A stretch of 64,000 nt of DNA from Patescibacteria group bacterium. Lineage in GTDB: Bacteria > Patescibacteriota > Minisyncoccia > Phycocordibacterales > JAKAEA01. This document shows, piece by piece, positions 8,287 through 18,984 of the stretch (its first letter is position 1; every line of letters begins with the position of its first letter). The DNA lies in contig JAZKCY010000001.1 of NCBI GenBank assembly GCA_040387855.1, forward strand, positions 189,857 to 253,856. The letters are read 5' to 3'. Both the position numbers and the translations under genes were made by a program. The notes under the pieces were generated by a model, which ran no database searches, had not been told where the DNA came from, and saw nothing but the letters and a program-made list of their open reading frames with translations.

Positions 8287-8923
8287 AAGAGCAACAGGAA
8301 AGACCGATTTGGAAAACAGAGAAGCATCTGGCTTTTGGAAAGCAATTACTTTGTCAAATGATATAGGTCAAGGGGATCAAGAAATTAATCTCGAAGTAAT
8401 TTTAAGTCTCAATCGATGTATTTTAGAGCATGCTATACCAGAAGCAGCTGGAAAACTAAGAGTAACTGGGGAGGATATACTTCCCCTTGAATGTGTAGAG
8501 CCTCCACCTGGATCTATGGTTAGAGAGAAAATGTATCAGTTTGAGAAAGATTTAAAACACAAAATTTACATAGTTCCTTTAAGGTGCCCTAAGCCAAATA
8601 ATCCTAAACACTATAAAAAGTGGGTAGATAGTGTTTTTGACCTTGCAGCATGGGTTCAGCATAGCTTAGTAGCAATACATCCCTTTTCAGAAGGGAATGG
8701 AAGGACTGCACGTCTTATGACTAATATTATTCTCAGAAGATACAATTTTCCTCCAACAGATGTGAAAATTGAATCTGATGACAAAGCAAAATATTTAAAT
8801 GCATTATGTCAAATTGATATGTATACTGATTATAAACCGTTAAAAGATCTGATACTAAAAGGTGCCCTGGCTACATTGCAAAAAGAAAGAGACATGAAAA
8901 GAAGAAAGCAAGCAGGTCAATAA
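8270..8923 (+). CDS. Fic family protein (AMP transferase)
   Basis: Canonical HPFSEGNGRTAR motif. Confidence 0.92.
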   Translation: MQKEFERATGKTDLENREASGFWKAITLSNDIGQGDQEINLEVILSLNRCILEHAIPEAAGKLRVTGEDILPLECVEPPPGSMVREKMYQFEKDLKHKIYIVPLRCPKPNNPKHYKKWVDSVFDLAAWVQHSLVAIHPFSEGNGRTARLMTNIILRRYNFPPTDVKIESDDKAKYLNALCQIDMYTDYKPLKDLILKGALATLQKERDMKRRKQAGQ

Positions 8924-9101
8924 TTCATGATACCTTATTTTGGGTCGACGTAAGATTCAAGCTTATCTCGACGTCTAAGCTTGTAGTTATGTTGGTTTTA
9001 AAATAGTGTTAGAAATATGGATGTGTGTTACAATCTCTACTATTCTACATACAAATATAAGTACAGTAGCGATTGGAAAAAATTAAAGGTAAAATCAAAA
9101 T

Positions 9102-9464
9102 ATGGGGAATACAGACTTAATTTTACAATGGTCCAAATTAATATCATTGACTGAGGATCAAGTAGATAAACTACCTCAAGATATTGAAGGTGCTTTTCGT
9201 ATATCAAAAAAAGAGGGTGACGATAGATTCTATGTTGTTTTTATTGGCAGTTCTACAGATTTAAAAAAGGAACTTAAAAAATTGATTGCTGAAAAGAAAA
9301 CTAATTTTTTAGAACATAATGGGGAATTCTCTTTTAGATATGCTCCAGTTAAAGGCGTAGAAATAAGAAAGGCTATAGAGAAGCAGTTATATAGACAATA
9401 TGCTCCAGAATATAACTCAAAAGAACCAGAAAGCTCCTTAGATGTAAAAGCCAATCTAAATTAG
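9102..9464 (+). CDS. Small GIY-YIG-like protein, apparently degenerate
   Basis: GAFRI...VFIGSSTDLKKEL...E...P.YN resembles the GIY-YIG layout, but Tyr/Arg positions are substituted. Confidence 0.5.
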   Translation: MGNTDLILQWSKLISLTEDQVDKLPQDIEGAFRISKKEGDDRFYVVFIGSSTDLKKELKKLIAEKKTNFLEHNGEFSFRYAPVKGVEIRKAIEKQLYRQYAPEYNSKEPESSLDVKANLN

Positions 9465-10160
9465 ATGACATTAGTTATAGGATTAAAAGCCAAAGATGGA
9501 GTTGTAATCGCCTCTGATAGCAGAGCAAGTTCTACTATCACTAGTAATGATACTGTTCAAAAGATTTTTAAACTTGGAGATCATAGTGCAATTGGTATTG
9601 CTGGTGATGGTGGTTTGGCAATGTACTTTCTTGATCAAATAAGAGCTGGTTTAAATCATGGAACAGGGATTTCAGATTTGGCTGAACAAGTTAGAATAAA
9701 AGGTAAAAACACCTTCAATGACTTTTTCGAACATTTATTGCCAGATAAAAGACCTTCACTTTCTTTGTTATTAATTGGTTATACCACTGATGGTAAGCCT
9801 GAGATGTACACTCTCCAAAGTGGAGACAATTTTGTGCCGAGAAAAGGTGTTACAGGATTTGAATGTATAGGGGTTCCTTATATTGCAGATTATTTACTTA
9901 ATCGTCTTTATGAATCAGATATAAAAATTGATGCAGGGGCAGAGATGTCGGTTTTGTGTATACAAGAGACATCTTCTCAGGATAGAGGTGTCGGAGGTCC
10001 TACTAGAATTGCAACATTTTCTGCGACTAAACAATTTGAAGAGATGTCCAAATCAGATATCGATAAGCTAAAGCAAAAAGCTGAGCAATTTCAGATTAGT
10101 CAAAAGAATCGTTTCTACCCTGAAGATCCAAATTCTGGTATATCTGCGCCTACAGTATAG
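9465..10160 (+). CDS. Proteasome beta-type (Ntn-hydrolase) protease
   Basis: Met-Thr N-terminus, TLVIGLKAKDGVVIASDSRAS, QKIF, IAG, D.GVGG motifs. Confidence 0.8.
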   Translation: MTLVIGLKAKDGVVIASDSRASSTITSNDTVQKIFKLGDHSAIGIAGDGGLAMYFLDQIRAGLNHGTGISDLAEQVRIKGKNTFNDFFEHLLPDKRPSLSLLLIGYTTDGKPEMYTLQSGDNFVPRKGVTGFECIGVPYIADYLLNRLYESDIKIDAGAEMSVLCIQETSSQDRGVGGPTRIATFSATKQFEEMSKSDIDKLKQKAEQFQISQKNRFYPEDPNSGISAPTV

Positions 10161-10440
10161 ATGAAAATTTATGGAGTTAAGTTTGGGAACACTTATAAGC
10201 ATTACTCTAGTAGTTAAGCAGAACCATATGCTTTAGATGTTAGAAGGGAATTAAATCAAAACTAGAGCAATCTGGCTTTAAAGAGATATGGCTTACTAGT
10301 TCTATCCCCAAGCTAATATACAAACAGTATCCGTTGTAGACATTTCAGCAATGAATCTATTTGCATATGTAATTCCTGGGTTTTATCAAATCTACCTAAT
10401 ATAACGAAGACACAATAAAATCGTAAGATTTTAACTCAAC

Positions 10441-10818
10441 CTATTTTACCTTTCTAAATATAGAAAACCATTTCCTAGGTATCTTTTGATGGTGTTCAAG
10501 TAGTCTTGATTCGGTAGTAACAGAAGAAATATTTAATTCCTGTAAGACTTTCGGTTCTAAACTATCTGCAATTGAGCGAAAAGCACAAGCTAGGGTTTCT
10601 GTGGTGATCGTTTGATAATAGAATCGAGAACCCTGCTTACGACACTTTACAAGACCTCTTTTGTATAGCTTATTGATGAGTAGATAAACAGTTGGTCGAG
10701 GAATACAAGTGTCTAAGCTCAGGGAGGATAAACTTTTATTTGAAGAGTTAATCGACTGTAAAACAGCGTTCTCTTTATCTGATAATCCAAGAAGGTTTTT
10801 TTGCTCCTCAGTAAACAT
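10441..10818 (-). CDS. TrmB-like winged-HTH protein
   Basis: LGLSDKE...IPRPTVYLLINKLYKRGLV; divergent from the rhs gene. Confidence 0.75.
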   Translation of the reverse strand: MFTEEQKNLLGLSDKENAVLQSINSSNKSLSSLSLDTCIPRPTVYLLINKLYKRGLVKCRKQGSRFYYQTITTETLACAFRSIADSLEPKVLQELNISSVTTESRLLEHHQKIPRKWFSIFRKVK

Positions 10819-11057
10819 ATAATTTTAGTTCTAATTAGTGTCGGATTTGCTGACATTTAAATTGTCTCACAAATAATCTTTTTCAAATAGATGAGTTATA
10901 CCCTGTATTACTTTTATAAGTTTTAGTATTAAAATTATTTCTACTTTAATCAAGATATAATCAGATTTTGCAAAATTAGAAAATGTTGATAGGAAAGTAT
11001 ACTCAGCTATAACACCTAGCTATACTTTAGGTATTACTTACTCATCTAATAAATTAA

Positions 11058-14000
11058 GTGAACCAATCATTTTCACGGGAGCGACAGGGAAGAAACTTAA
11101 CAAACGTAATTGTTGGGTTACTTATCCTCTCATTAGTTTTTAGTAGTCCATTATTAACATTTGCTCAAAGTGTTGATGAAGCTCCTAGTCAGGCTCCTGT
11201 TGAAACTCCAACAAACTCACCAGCAGTTGATACAAATACTATTCCTCTTGATACATCTGAAATTCAAAATGCGATAGAATATAACAATAATAATCAGGAG
11301 GCTGCATTAACAGAGTCAGCTGAAGATTCACCACAGTCTTTAGAAGCAGAAGAGGACCAAAATATAATTGCACTTCCTGATGATGAGTTACAACCAGACT
11401 CACTATTGTCAGATACAGAGACAGGTGTAGATCGATTTCGTGATCCTTCAGCAAATGTTATTAAAAATCAAATATCCAGAAATTTGGCTGGTGCACTTAA
11501 TTATTCATACCCAATAGAAGTGCCTCCAGGAAGGACACAGGCTACAACTCCAAATTTGGAATTGCAATATTCAAGTAGTCCCGATCTTGCAAATGTGTTT
11601 GGCTATGGTTGGTCAGTTAACATTCCATATATCGAAAGAGTCGGAAAGAGAGGAACAGATAAGTTATATACAGGCACCGATTTTAATTCTTCTCTTACAG
11701 GAGAATTGGCATCAACTTCGGCAACAACCTATATCTCCAAAATTGATAATGGAGATTTTTTGAATTACACTTTTCAAAATAATATATGGACGGTTACTGA
11801 TAAATCGGGAAATCAATATACGTTTGGTTCAACAACAGCTGCAAGACAGGATAATGTTGCTAGCTCTACACAAGTTTATAAGTGGATGCTTGAAGATTTT
11901 AGAGATACAAATGGTAATTATATTAAGTATCAGTATTCTAAAGATTCTGGACAAATATATCCTTCATCAATTATTTATTCAGGAAATAATACAACAGACG
12001 GGCCATTTGAAGTTGCTTTCAGTCGAGAGTCTCGAGCTGATGTCTCAACTTCAACACAATCAGCGTTCAGTGTTGTTACAAAAGATAGAATTAATGAAAT
12101 TCAAACAAAATTTAACGGTGATTGGGTAAGGAAATATACACTAGCATATAGTACAGGCGATAATACTGTTCGATCCATATTAACCTCAGTGACACAATCT
12201 TCACGGGATGATTTACTTACAGCTACAACTACACTTCCTGCAACCACATTTACGTATTCAACTTCAACATTATCTTATTCACAAAGTTCTGCTTTTCAAC
12301 CTCCTATATCACTTAATGAAGCTTTTACTGATCCCTATTTCATGAACACTGGGGTAACTGATTATGGCTTGAAGATTGTTGATATAAACGGCGACGGATT
12401 AACTGATATTCTTCAAGCATTTGGTGCTCGATACGGTGGTTCTTGGACAGTTGAATATCACGCCTATATAAATAACGGGAATGGGTACACTGATACACCC
12501 TCTTGGTATTCTCCCGTGGATTTTATGATACAGGCTCAGGATGGTTATCGAATTGACACAGGTGTGGTATTTGAAGATATAAATGGGGATAAATTACCAG
12601 ATCTTATTCAGTCAAGTGATGGTACTCATGGTTGTGGTTGTTTTGGTTCCCCTTGGATTGAACCTGTAAAAAAGGTATATATAAATACTGGATCTGGTTT
12701 TGCAACGAGTACCGATTGGGTTATACCAGTTTATTTTGTATACAACGCAACACAACAACATACTAGAGATCTAGGTGTGCGAATGGCTGATGTTAATGGT
12801 GATGATTTACCAGATATTCTTGAAGGCCGCACTTATTCAAATGGTTCAGGAGGTACAACAACAGTTAAAAATGTATTTATTAATACTGGAACAGGTTTCG
12901 CTACATCAACAAGTTGGACTCTGCCTGTAGATTTTGTTGATAGCTGGAATCAAAATCGTGGTAATCCCTACCAAGATCTTGGAGTTAGAATTGTGGATAT
13001 TAACTCTGATGGTCTTAATGATATTGTAGAATCGAGCTGCCTTTCTAATGGATCAGTTTACCGTAAGAAAGCATATATAAATTCTGGTACTGGTTTTGTT
13101 GATGATCCAACATGGCATCCTGCTTTATGTTTTGTTACGAGAGATCCTGCCACACCTAACACTTATAGTCTGGTTAATTACATGGATGAGGGGGTACGAT
13201 TTATGGATATCAATGGTGATAGTCTTGTGGATTTTTATAAAAGTACAACTAACGATGCTACTGCGACCTCTACTGCTTATCTAAATACGGGAAAAGGTTT
13301 TAGTTTGCTTAATTCATGGACCCCTGCAACATCAACAATTTATGCATCGGGAAATGATAGAAATGATCGTGCAACGAGATTTGTTGATATAAATGGTGAT
13401 GGAAGAACAGACGTTTTGCAAGGAAGAGGTGATGTGTATCCTAGTCTAAGATACGCATACTTAAGTGCTTCAACAACTCCAGATTTGCTTATAAAAGTTC
13501 AAGAGCCACAGGGTGGTATGACATCAATGTCATACAAAATGTCTGCTCAATACAATAATGCAACCTCATCAAATCCGAATCTCCCACTTAATGTTCGAAC
13601 TGTTGAAACAATTGCTACTAACAATGCCTTTGGAATAGTGGGTACAACTACATATGCATATAATGGAGGACTCTTCTATTTCAATAATGCATTTGATAAG
13701 AAGTTTGCAGGTTTTGCATCAACAACTGAAACTGATGCTGTTGGGAATCTAACAAAATCTTATTTTCACCAGGGGAGTACGACTGATTCAAGTCATGGTG
13801 AGTATCAAGATGATGCTTCAAAAATTGGTAAAGCTTATCGAATTGAAAAATATGATAATGCCAATAATCTCTATCAGAAAATAATTAATAAGTGGGATAA
13901 GTCTGCTCTTTCTAATGGAGCAAACTTTGTGAAGCTTACCCAAACGATTAATTCTGCATATGATGGAACAGTAAATCATAAAGACAAGGCAGAGCAGTAT

Positions 14001-17000
14001 ATATATAATGATGCCGCTGGAACACTAACTCAAAAAATTCAACTCGGAGAGGTCACGGGTAGTGATGATGGTACCCTCTCGGATACTGGTGCAGATTTAT
14101 TTACAACAACAATAACCTATGCTACCAGCTCTCCTATAATTATTCCTGCTACTGAGATCATGGTAGATCAGAGTTCAGTTAAAGTTGCTGAGGTTCGTCA
14201 TTACTATGATACCCTCTCTTTGGGAAGTGTGACAAAAGGTAATAAGACAAAAATTGAAAAGTGGAAAGTAAGTAGCTCATATGCATCTACCACGCGGACA
14301 TTCAATGCTTATGGTCTTGTAACACAAGAACTTGATCCCCGAAGTAAGGCAACAAACTATGTATACGATATATATAATATGTATCCAGCAACAAGTACAA
14401 ACGCATTAAGTCAATCCACATCATATGTATACAATTACCTAGTTGGTAAAGTAAAACAGGTAACTGACTCTAACGGTTTGGTAAATCAAACTACTTATGA
14501 TGGATTCGGAAGAGTTACAGAAGAAAAGCAACCTGATCTTACAACTCCTTCAACTCTAGTTACAAAAGCAACATATGCGTATACAGACACAGCATTACAA
14601 ACAAGTGTTCATAAGGTAAATTATCTTTCTGCATCAAGCACTACAAATTCCTATAATTACTATGATGGATTAGGTAGATTGATTCAAGAACGAAAATCTG
14701 CAGAGGGAACTAATTATTCAGTCAGTGATACTATTTATAATTCTCTTGGTCTTAAGGCTTCACAATCACTCCCATATTTCTCAACTGGTTCTGCAAGTAC
14801 AACCCCAACGGCAACAACAGCACTTTATACACGGTATACGTATGACCCATTACAGCGAGTGAAAACAGTTGCCAACATTGTTGGTACAACTACAAATACA
14901 TACACACCTTGGGTGGTTCATGTTGAAGATCCTCGATATAAAGCAAAGAACTATTATCGCGATGCATATAATAACCTCATAAAGGTTGATGAAATTGATG
15001 GAGTGACAGGATATGCAACTGAATATCAATATAACGGTTTGGGTAAACTTACAAAGATCACTGATGGACTAGCAAATGTGCGTAACTTTACCTACGATGG
15101 ACTTGGAAGAAGATTAACAGCACAAGACCTTCATGCATCAGCTGATACAACATTTGGAAGTACAACCTATGCATATGATGATGCTGGAAACCTAACTCAA
15201 AAAATAGATGCAAATAATCAGACTGTGAATTATACCTATGATGATCTCAATAGACCACTAACTGAAAATTATACAGGTGCAGTAGGAACTGAAATAAGCT
15301 ACGGATATGATTCTTGTGTTTATGGAGTGGGAAGATTATGTAGTGCTACAACAACTGATGCTATTACTCAATATGAATACAACACTGAAGGATTACAGAG
15401 TAAAGAAACAAAAACTTTAAATGCAGTTAATTATATTACTCAGACTCAATATGATCGACAGGGTAATGTAACAAACATTGTATATCCTGATAGTTCACAA
15501 GTTGCATACACGTATAATACTGGCGGTCTTCTAGAAACAGTCTCACGAAAAGAAAGTACTGATGGAGGATTTACTAATGTGGTGACAAATTATGACTACT
15601 CACCATTAGGTCAGGTTACTGCTATTGCATATCAAAATGGAGTGCAAACTACAAACACTTATGATGCAAATGAACTCTACAGATTAAGAAGTAAAGTAAC
15701 TACAAATGCATCAAGTACCAATCTTCAGAATATTGCTTACACCTATGATGCCGTAGGAAATATCACTGGCATTACAGATACTTCAGCAACAAATGGAGCA
15801 AAGACAGCAGTTTATACTTATGACGATCTTAATCGCTTATCATCAGCAACTGTAACTGCTTCAAGCACCAGTGGAGGTAGTTGGTACAACTCATCATGGG
15901 GATACCGAGTTCCAATAACTGCAAGTTCTTCTAAAGTTCTTGAAGACATTAAGGACGTATATGTACCACTCTCATCATTACCATCAGGTTTCTTTGCAAA
16001 TGCAAAATCAGATAGTTGTGATATTCGAATGACAAAAGCAGATGGTACTACTGAGCTAGCAATAGATTTAGTATCTGCATCAACAACTGGTCAGCTGCAT
16101 TTCTCAACAGGGAATAGTCTCTCAACTTCTTCAAGTACAATCTTCTATCTTTACTACGGAAACCCAAGTGCAAGTTGTTATGCCTCAAATGCTACCTACG
16201 GAGCAAACAATGTGTATGACTCAAATACAAAGGGAGTATGGCATTTAGAGCAAAATTCAGCCTCTACAGGAGCAATTGTAGACTCAACCTCAAATGTTCA
16301 TCATGGAACTATGTATTCAAATTATTCAGCAAATGCAAACGGAACTACAACTGGAAAACTTGGAAGTGCAGCAGTCTTTGATGGTACAAATGACACTATC
16401 GATGTCCCAGACAGTTCAGACTTTGAAGGTGCTGCGACAACTATTGAAGCCTGGGCATACATGGATACACTTCCAAGTGTAAAGGGTGAGAATGAAGTCC
16501 TAGTTACAAAGAAGCATGGATCATCACCATGGAGATCATATGCTGTTATGTTTTCAAATCCTGAAAATAGAACTGATGGTAATTGGAATAATAGTTCAGG
16601 AAGTACAGGATATGCTGGTACCTATGCAGGATCAGTATCAGCAAATGCATGGCATTATGTAACCCTACGACAAAATCCTTCAGATACCTCAAGTGAAGTA
16701 TCTGTGCGAACCAATGCTTCAAATGCTACAACATATACCGCCGATACTGATGGCACTACTTACAATTCAAATGATGCTCTACGTTTTGGTGCAGACTATG
16801 CTGGTGGAGAACGACTTGATGGAAACCTAGATGAAATCCGAATTCACAATGTTGCTCGAAGTGATAATTACATCACTACTCGATACAACAACATGAATGC
16901 TCCTTCAACATTCTGGAGTGTTGGATCACAAACTGCAGCTGCAACATCTTCAAACACAAGTTATACAGAAAACTACACTTACAATATTCTTGGAAACATA

Positions 17001-18281
17001 CTTACTAAGACAGGCGCAGCTGGTACATATGCATATACTGGTAGTTCAACAGGCTATGCAAATCCTCATGCGGTGACTGCGATTGGATCTGATACCTATG
17101 CATATGATAACAATGGAAATCTTACTTCGGCTCCAGGAATCACTAACTTATGGGATTATCGAAATCGATTAACACAATCTGTCGCTACGAGTACCGTGAC
17201 CTATGCGTACGATCATGCTAATAGTCGAATTAAATATTCAGTAGCATCAACTACAACCTCTTATCCAAATAAGTTCTACAATACAACAGGTGCAACCACT
17301 ACAAAGCACATCTTTGATGATAGAGGTCAGATGATCGCTACACTTGAAGGCTCAAATGCAAGTACAACGGTTCATTATACTCATACTGATCATCTTTCTG
17401 GATCAAATGTTATTACGAATTCATCTGGTATCTTAGAACAATTGACGGATTACTATCCTTACGGTAATGTTCGCTTAGATGAAAGGACTGGAGCGTTTAA
17501 TGAGCAGAGGAAGTATGCAGGTAGTGAGTTTGACGGTGATACAGCGTATAACTATATGCAAGCTAGGTATTATGATAGTAATAGTGGAAGGTTTATTTCT
17601 CAGGATTCTATATTTCTTAATATGGGAAATGAAAATGACTTCCTTTCTGATCCTCAGCAACTAAATAGTTACAGTTACGCGAGAAACAATCCATTAAAAT
17701 ACTATGATCCTGATGGTAATCAGACAGTATCGGCTCCTCTTAATGCAGTTTTTCGATTTTCAGGATCAGCTAGTCTTGCGCAATCACTTGCAATGGCCGA
17801 TGCTATTCTTGCTGGGGGTTCAATTGCGGGTGCAATCGTCAGTGCTGGACCTGTGTTAGTGGGAGGGGGTATAACTGCTGTTCTCGTTTATGCTGTTGTT
17901 ACTACACCTTGGACACCATTAAGTCAAAACCAAAGTACTCCTTCGTTTTCTAGTTCTTTATCACCAACAAGTCTTCCAACCGCAAATTCAAATCCTCTTT
18001 TGGGAACTGGTACAACAGCTGATTTTGGTAATTGGTTTAATTCAATAAACTTATCAAAAACAACAATTACACAAAAACCTGGTAATTTTAACGATGCACA
18101 GAGAGATTTTTGGGCAAGAAATCCAGAGAATGTGCAACATCGACCAAATGGTACAATTACTGGAAATTTACCAAATGGTGACAAAATAAATGTAAGACCA
18201 CAAAGTAGTGATGGTCGACCTACAATTGAGATTCAGAAAGAGGGTGGTGGAGTAGAAAAAATAAGATATGGAAATAAATAA
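11058..18281 (+). CDS. Secreted Rhs/YD polymorphic toxin (SpvB-like, FG-GAP, YD repeats, DUF2341/LamG insert, C-terminal toxin)
   Basis: Signal peptide; GALNYSYPIEVPPGR and FGYGW (SpvB/TcB-like); repeated DINGDG..D; YD repeats; HTDHLSGS; core end YARNNPLKYYDPDG; divergent ~187-aa tip. Confidence 0.9.
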   Translation: MNQSFSRERQGRNLTNVIVGLLILSLVFSSPLLTFAQSVDEAPSQAPVETPTNSPAVDTNTIPLDTSEIQNAIEYNNNNQEAALTESAEDSPQSLEAEEDQNIIALPDDELQPDSLLSDTETGVDRFRDPSANVIKNQISRNLAGALNYSYPIEVPPGRTQATTPNLELQYSSSPDLANVFGYGWSVNIPYIERVGKRGTDKLYTGTDFNSSLTGELASTSATTYISKIDNGDFLNYTFQNNIWTVTDKSGNQYTFGSTTAARQDNVASSTQVYKWMLEDFRDTNGNYIKYQYSKDSGQIYPSSIIYSGNNTTDGPFEVAFSRESRADVSTSTQSAFSVVTKDRINEIQTKFNGDWVRKYTLAYSTGDNTVRSILTSVTQSSRDDLLTATTTLPATTFTYSTSTLSYSQSSAFQPPISLNEAFTDPYFMNTGVTDYGLKIVDINGDGLTDILQAFGARYGGSWTVEYHAYINNGNGYTDTPSWYSPVDFMIQAQDGYRIDTGVVFEDINGDKLPDLIQSSDGTHGCGCFGSPWIEPVKKVYINTGSGFATSTDWVIPVYFVYNATQQHTRDLGVRMADVNGDDLPDILEGRTYSNGSGGTTTVKNVFINTGTGFATSTSWTLPVDFVDSWNQNRGNPYQDLGVRIVDINSDGLNDIVESSCLSNGSVYRKKAYINSGTGFVDDPTWHPALCFVTRDPATPNTYSLVNYMDEGVRFMDINGDSLVDFYKSTTNDATATSTAYLNTGKGFSLLNSWTPATSTIYASGNDRNDRATRFVDINGDGRTDVLQGRGDVYPSLRYAYLSASTTPDLLIKVQEPQGGMTSMSYKMSAQYNNATSSNPNLPLNVRTVETIATNNAFGIVGTTTYAYNGGLFYFNNAFDKKFAGFASTTETDAVGNLTKSYFHQGSTTDSSHGEYQDDASKIGKAYRIEKYDNANNLYQKIINKWDKSALSNGANFVKLTQTINSAYDGTVNHKDKAEQYIYNDAAGTLTQKIQLGEVTGSDDGTLSDTGADLFTTTITYATSSPIIIPATEIMVDQSSVKVAEVRHYYDTLSLGSVTKGNKTKIEKWKVSSSYASTTRTFNAYGLVTQELDPRSKATNYVYDIYNMYPATSTNALSQSTSYVYNYLVGKVKQVTDSNGLVNQTTYDGFGRVTEEKQPDLTTPSTLVTKATYAYTDTALQTSVHKVNYLSASSTTNSYNYYDGLGRLIQERKSAEGTNYSVSDTIYNSLGLKASQSLPYFSTGSASTTPTATTALYTRYTYDPLQRVKTVANIVGTTTNTYTPWVVHVEDPRYKAKNYYRDAYNNLIKVDEIDGVTGYATEYQYNGLGKLTKITDGLANVRNFTYDGLGRRLTAQDLHASADTTFGSTTYAYDDAGNLTQKIDANNQTVNYTYDDLNRPLTENYTGAVGTEISYGYDSCVYGVGRLCSATTTDAITQYEYNTEGLQSKETKTLNAVNYITQTQYDRQGNVTNIVYPDSSQVAYTYNTGGLLETVSRKESTDGGFTNVVTNYDYSPLGQVTAIAYQNGVQTTNTYDANELYRLRSKVTTNASSTNLQNIAYTYDAVGNITGITDTSATNGAKTAVYTYDDLNRLSSATVTASSTSGGSWYNSSWGYRVPITASSSKVLEDIKDVYVPLSSLPSGFFANAKSDSCDIRMTKADGTTELAIDLVSASTTGQLHFSTGNSLSTSSSTIFYLYYGNPSASCYASNATYGANNVYDSNTKGVWHLEQNSASTGAIVDSTSNVHHGTMYSNYSANANGTTTGKLGSAAVFDGTNDTIDVPDSSDFEGAATTIEAWAYMDTLPSVKGENEVLVTKKHGSSPWRSYAVMFSNPENRTDGNWNNSSGSTGYAGTYAGSVSANAWHYVTLRQNPSDTSSEVSVRTNASNATTYTADTDGTTYNSNDALRFGADYAGGERLDGNLDEIRIHNVARSDNYITTRYNNMNAPSTFWSVGSQTAAATSSNTSYTENYTYNILGNILTKTGAAGTYAYTGSSTGYANPHAVTAIGSDTYAYDNNGNLTSAPGITNLWDYRNRLTQSVATSTVTYAYDHANSRIKYSVASTTTSYPNKFYNTTGATTTKHIFDDRGQMIATLEGSNASTTVHYTHTDHLSGSNVITNSSGILEQLTDYYPYGNVRLDERTGAFNEQRKYAGSEFDGDTAYNYMQARYYDSNSGRFISQDSIFLNMGNENDFLSDPQQLNSYSYARNNPLKYYDPDGNQTVSAPLNAVFRFSGSASLAQSLAMADAILAGGSIAGAIVSAGPVLVGGGITAVLVYAVVTTPWTPLSQNQSTPSFSSSLSPTSLPTANSNPLLGTGTTADFGNWFNSINLSKTTITQKPGNFNDAQRDFWARNPENVQHRPNGTITGNLPNGDKINVRPQSSDGRPTIEIQKEGGGVEKIRYGNK

Positions 18282-18771
18282 AAATAAATCAAATATTCTA
18301 ATGCCAGAAAAATATAGTAAATGGGAACCAATTCAGGGAATCGAATCCGAACTATGGATAGAAGCACTTCACGATGACTACGAAGGCTTGCGAATTATAG
18401 TTAAGGGTACTAATGAGGCTTCGGCTATGTATAGTATACTTTTTCCAAATTATTATACATATCGTAATACTGATGAATCGTATCGACTCAAGCTTTGGGA
18501 AGAAGGTGAGTTTGAAGACCGTAAGTGGTCACTCTTTTTCATTAAAGCATCAAAATTTATAGATTGGGTTCATGAAGAAAGTGATACTCTGTATAAAAAA
18601 GAAGATATGATGCATTACTTGATTAAGACAGGAGCTGATGTGATTGAAGTTGTCACGAATGGTATCGAACCAAAAGTTATAAAACTTCACGAAAAGGTTC
18701 AGTCTGACCTAGAATCTAATTCATTAGTTAGAAGAGGTAAAAGAGGTAGCTATTTTGATAAAATTGATTAA
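18268..18771 (+). CDS. Putative cognate immunity protein
   Basis: Acidic 167-aa ORF overlapping the toxin stop codon. Confidence 0.7.
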   Translation: MEINKNKSNILMPEKYSKWEPIQGIESELWIEALHDDYEGLRIIVKGTNEASAMYSILFPNYYTYRNTDESYRLKLWEEGEFEDRKWSLFFIKASKFIDWVHEESDTLYKKEDMMHYLIKTGADVIEVVTNGIEPKVIKLHEKVQSDLESNSLVRRGKRGSYFDKID

Positions 18772-18820
18772 GTTGTGGCCACGGTGAAGGTTATATGTCG
18801 CAGCAGTCCTTTACCCACTA

Positions 18821-18964
18821 CATAGTGATCATCTATCTGGATCAAGTATTGTATCAAATGTTTCAGGAAGTATTGAAGAACTTTCAGATTATTATCCATA
18901 CGGAGCTATGAGAATTAGTGATCAGTCTGGATCATTTACTGACCTAAGAAAATATGTATTTTAA
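18821..18964 (+). pseudogene. Relic Rhs-core fragment
   Basis: Translates HSDHLSGSSIVSNVSGSIEELSDYYPYGAMR...LRKY, paralogous to HTDHLSGSNVITNSSGILEQLTDYYPYGNVR...QRKY at 17382-17522. Confidence 0.85.
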
Positions 18965-18984
18965 TTTCATTAATAAAACATATT

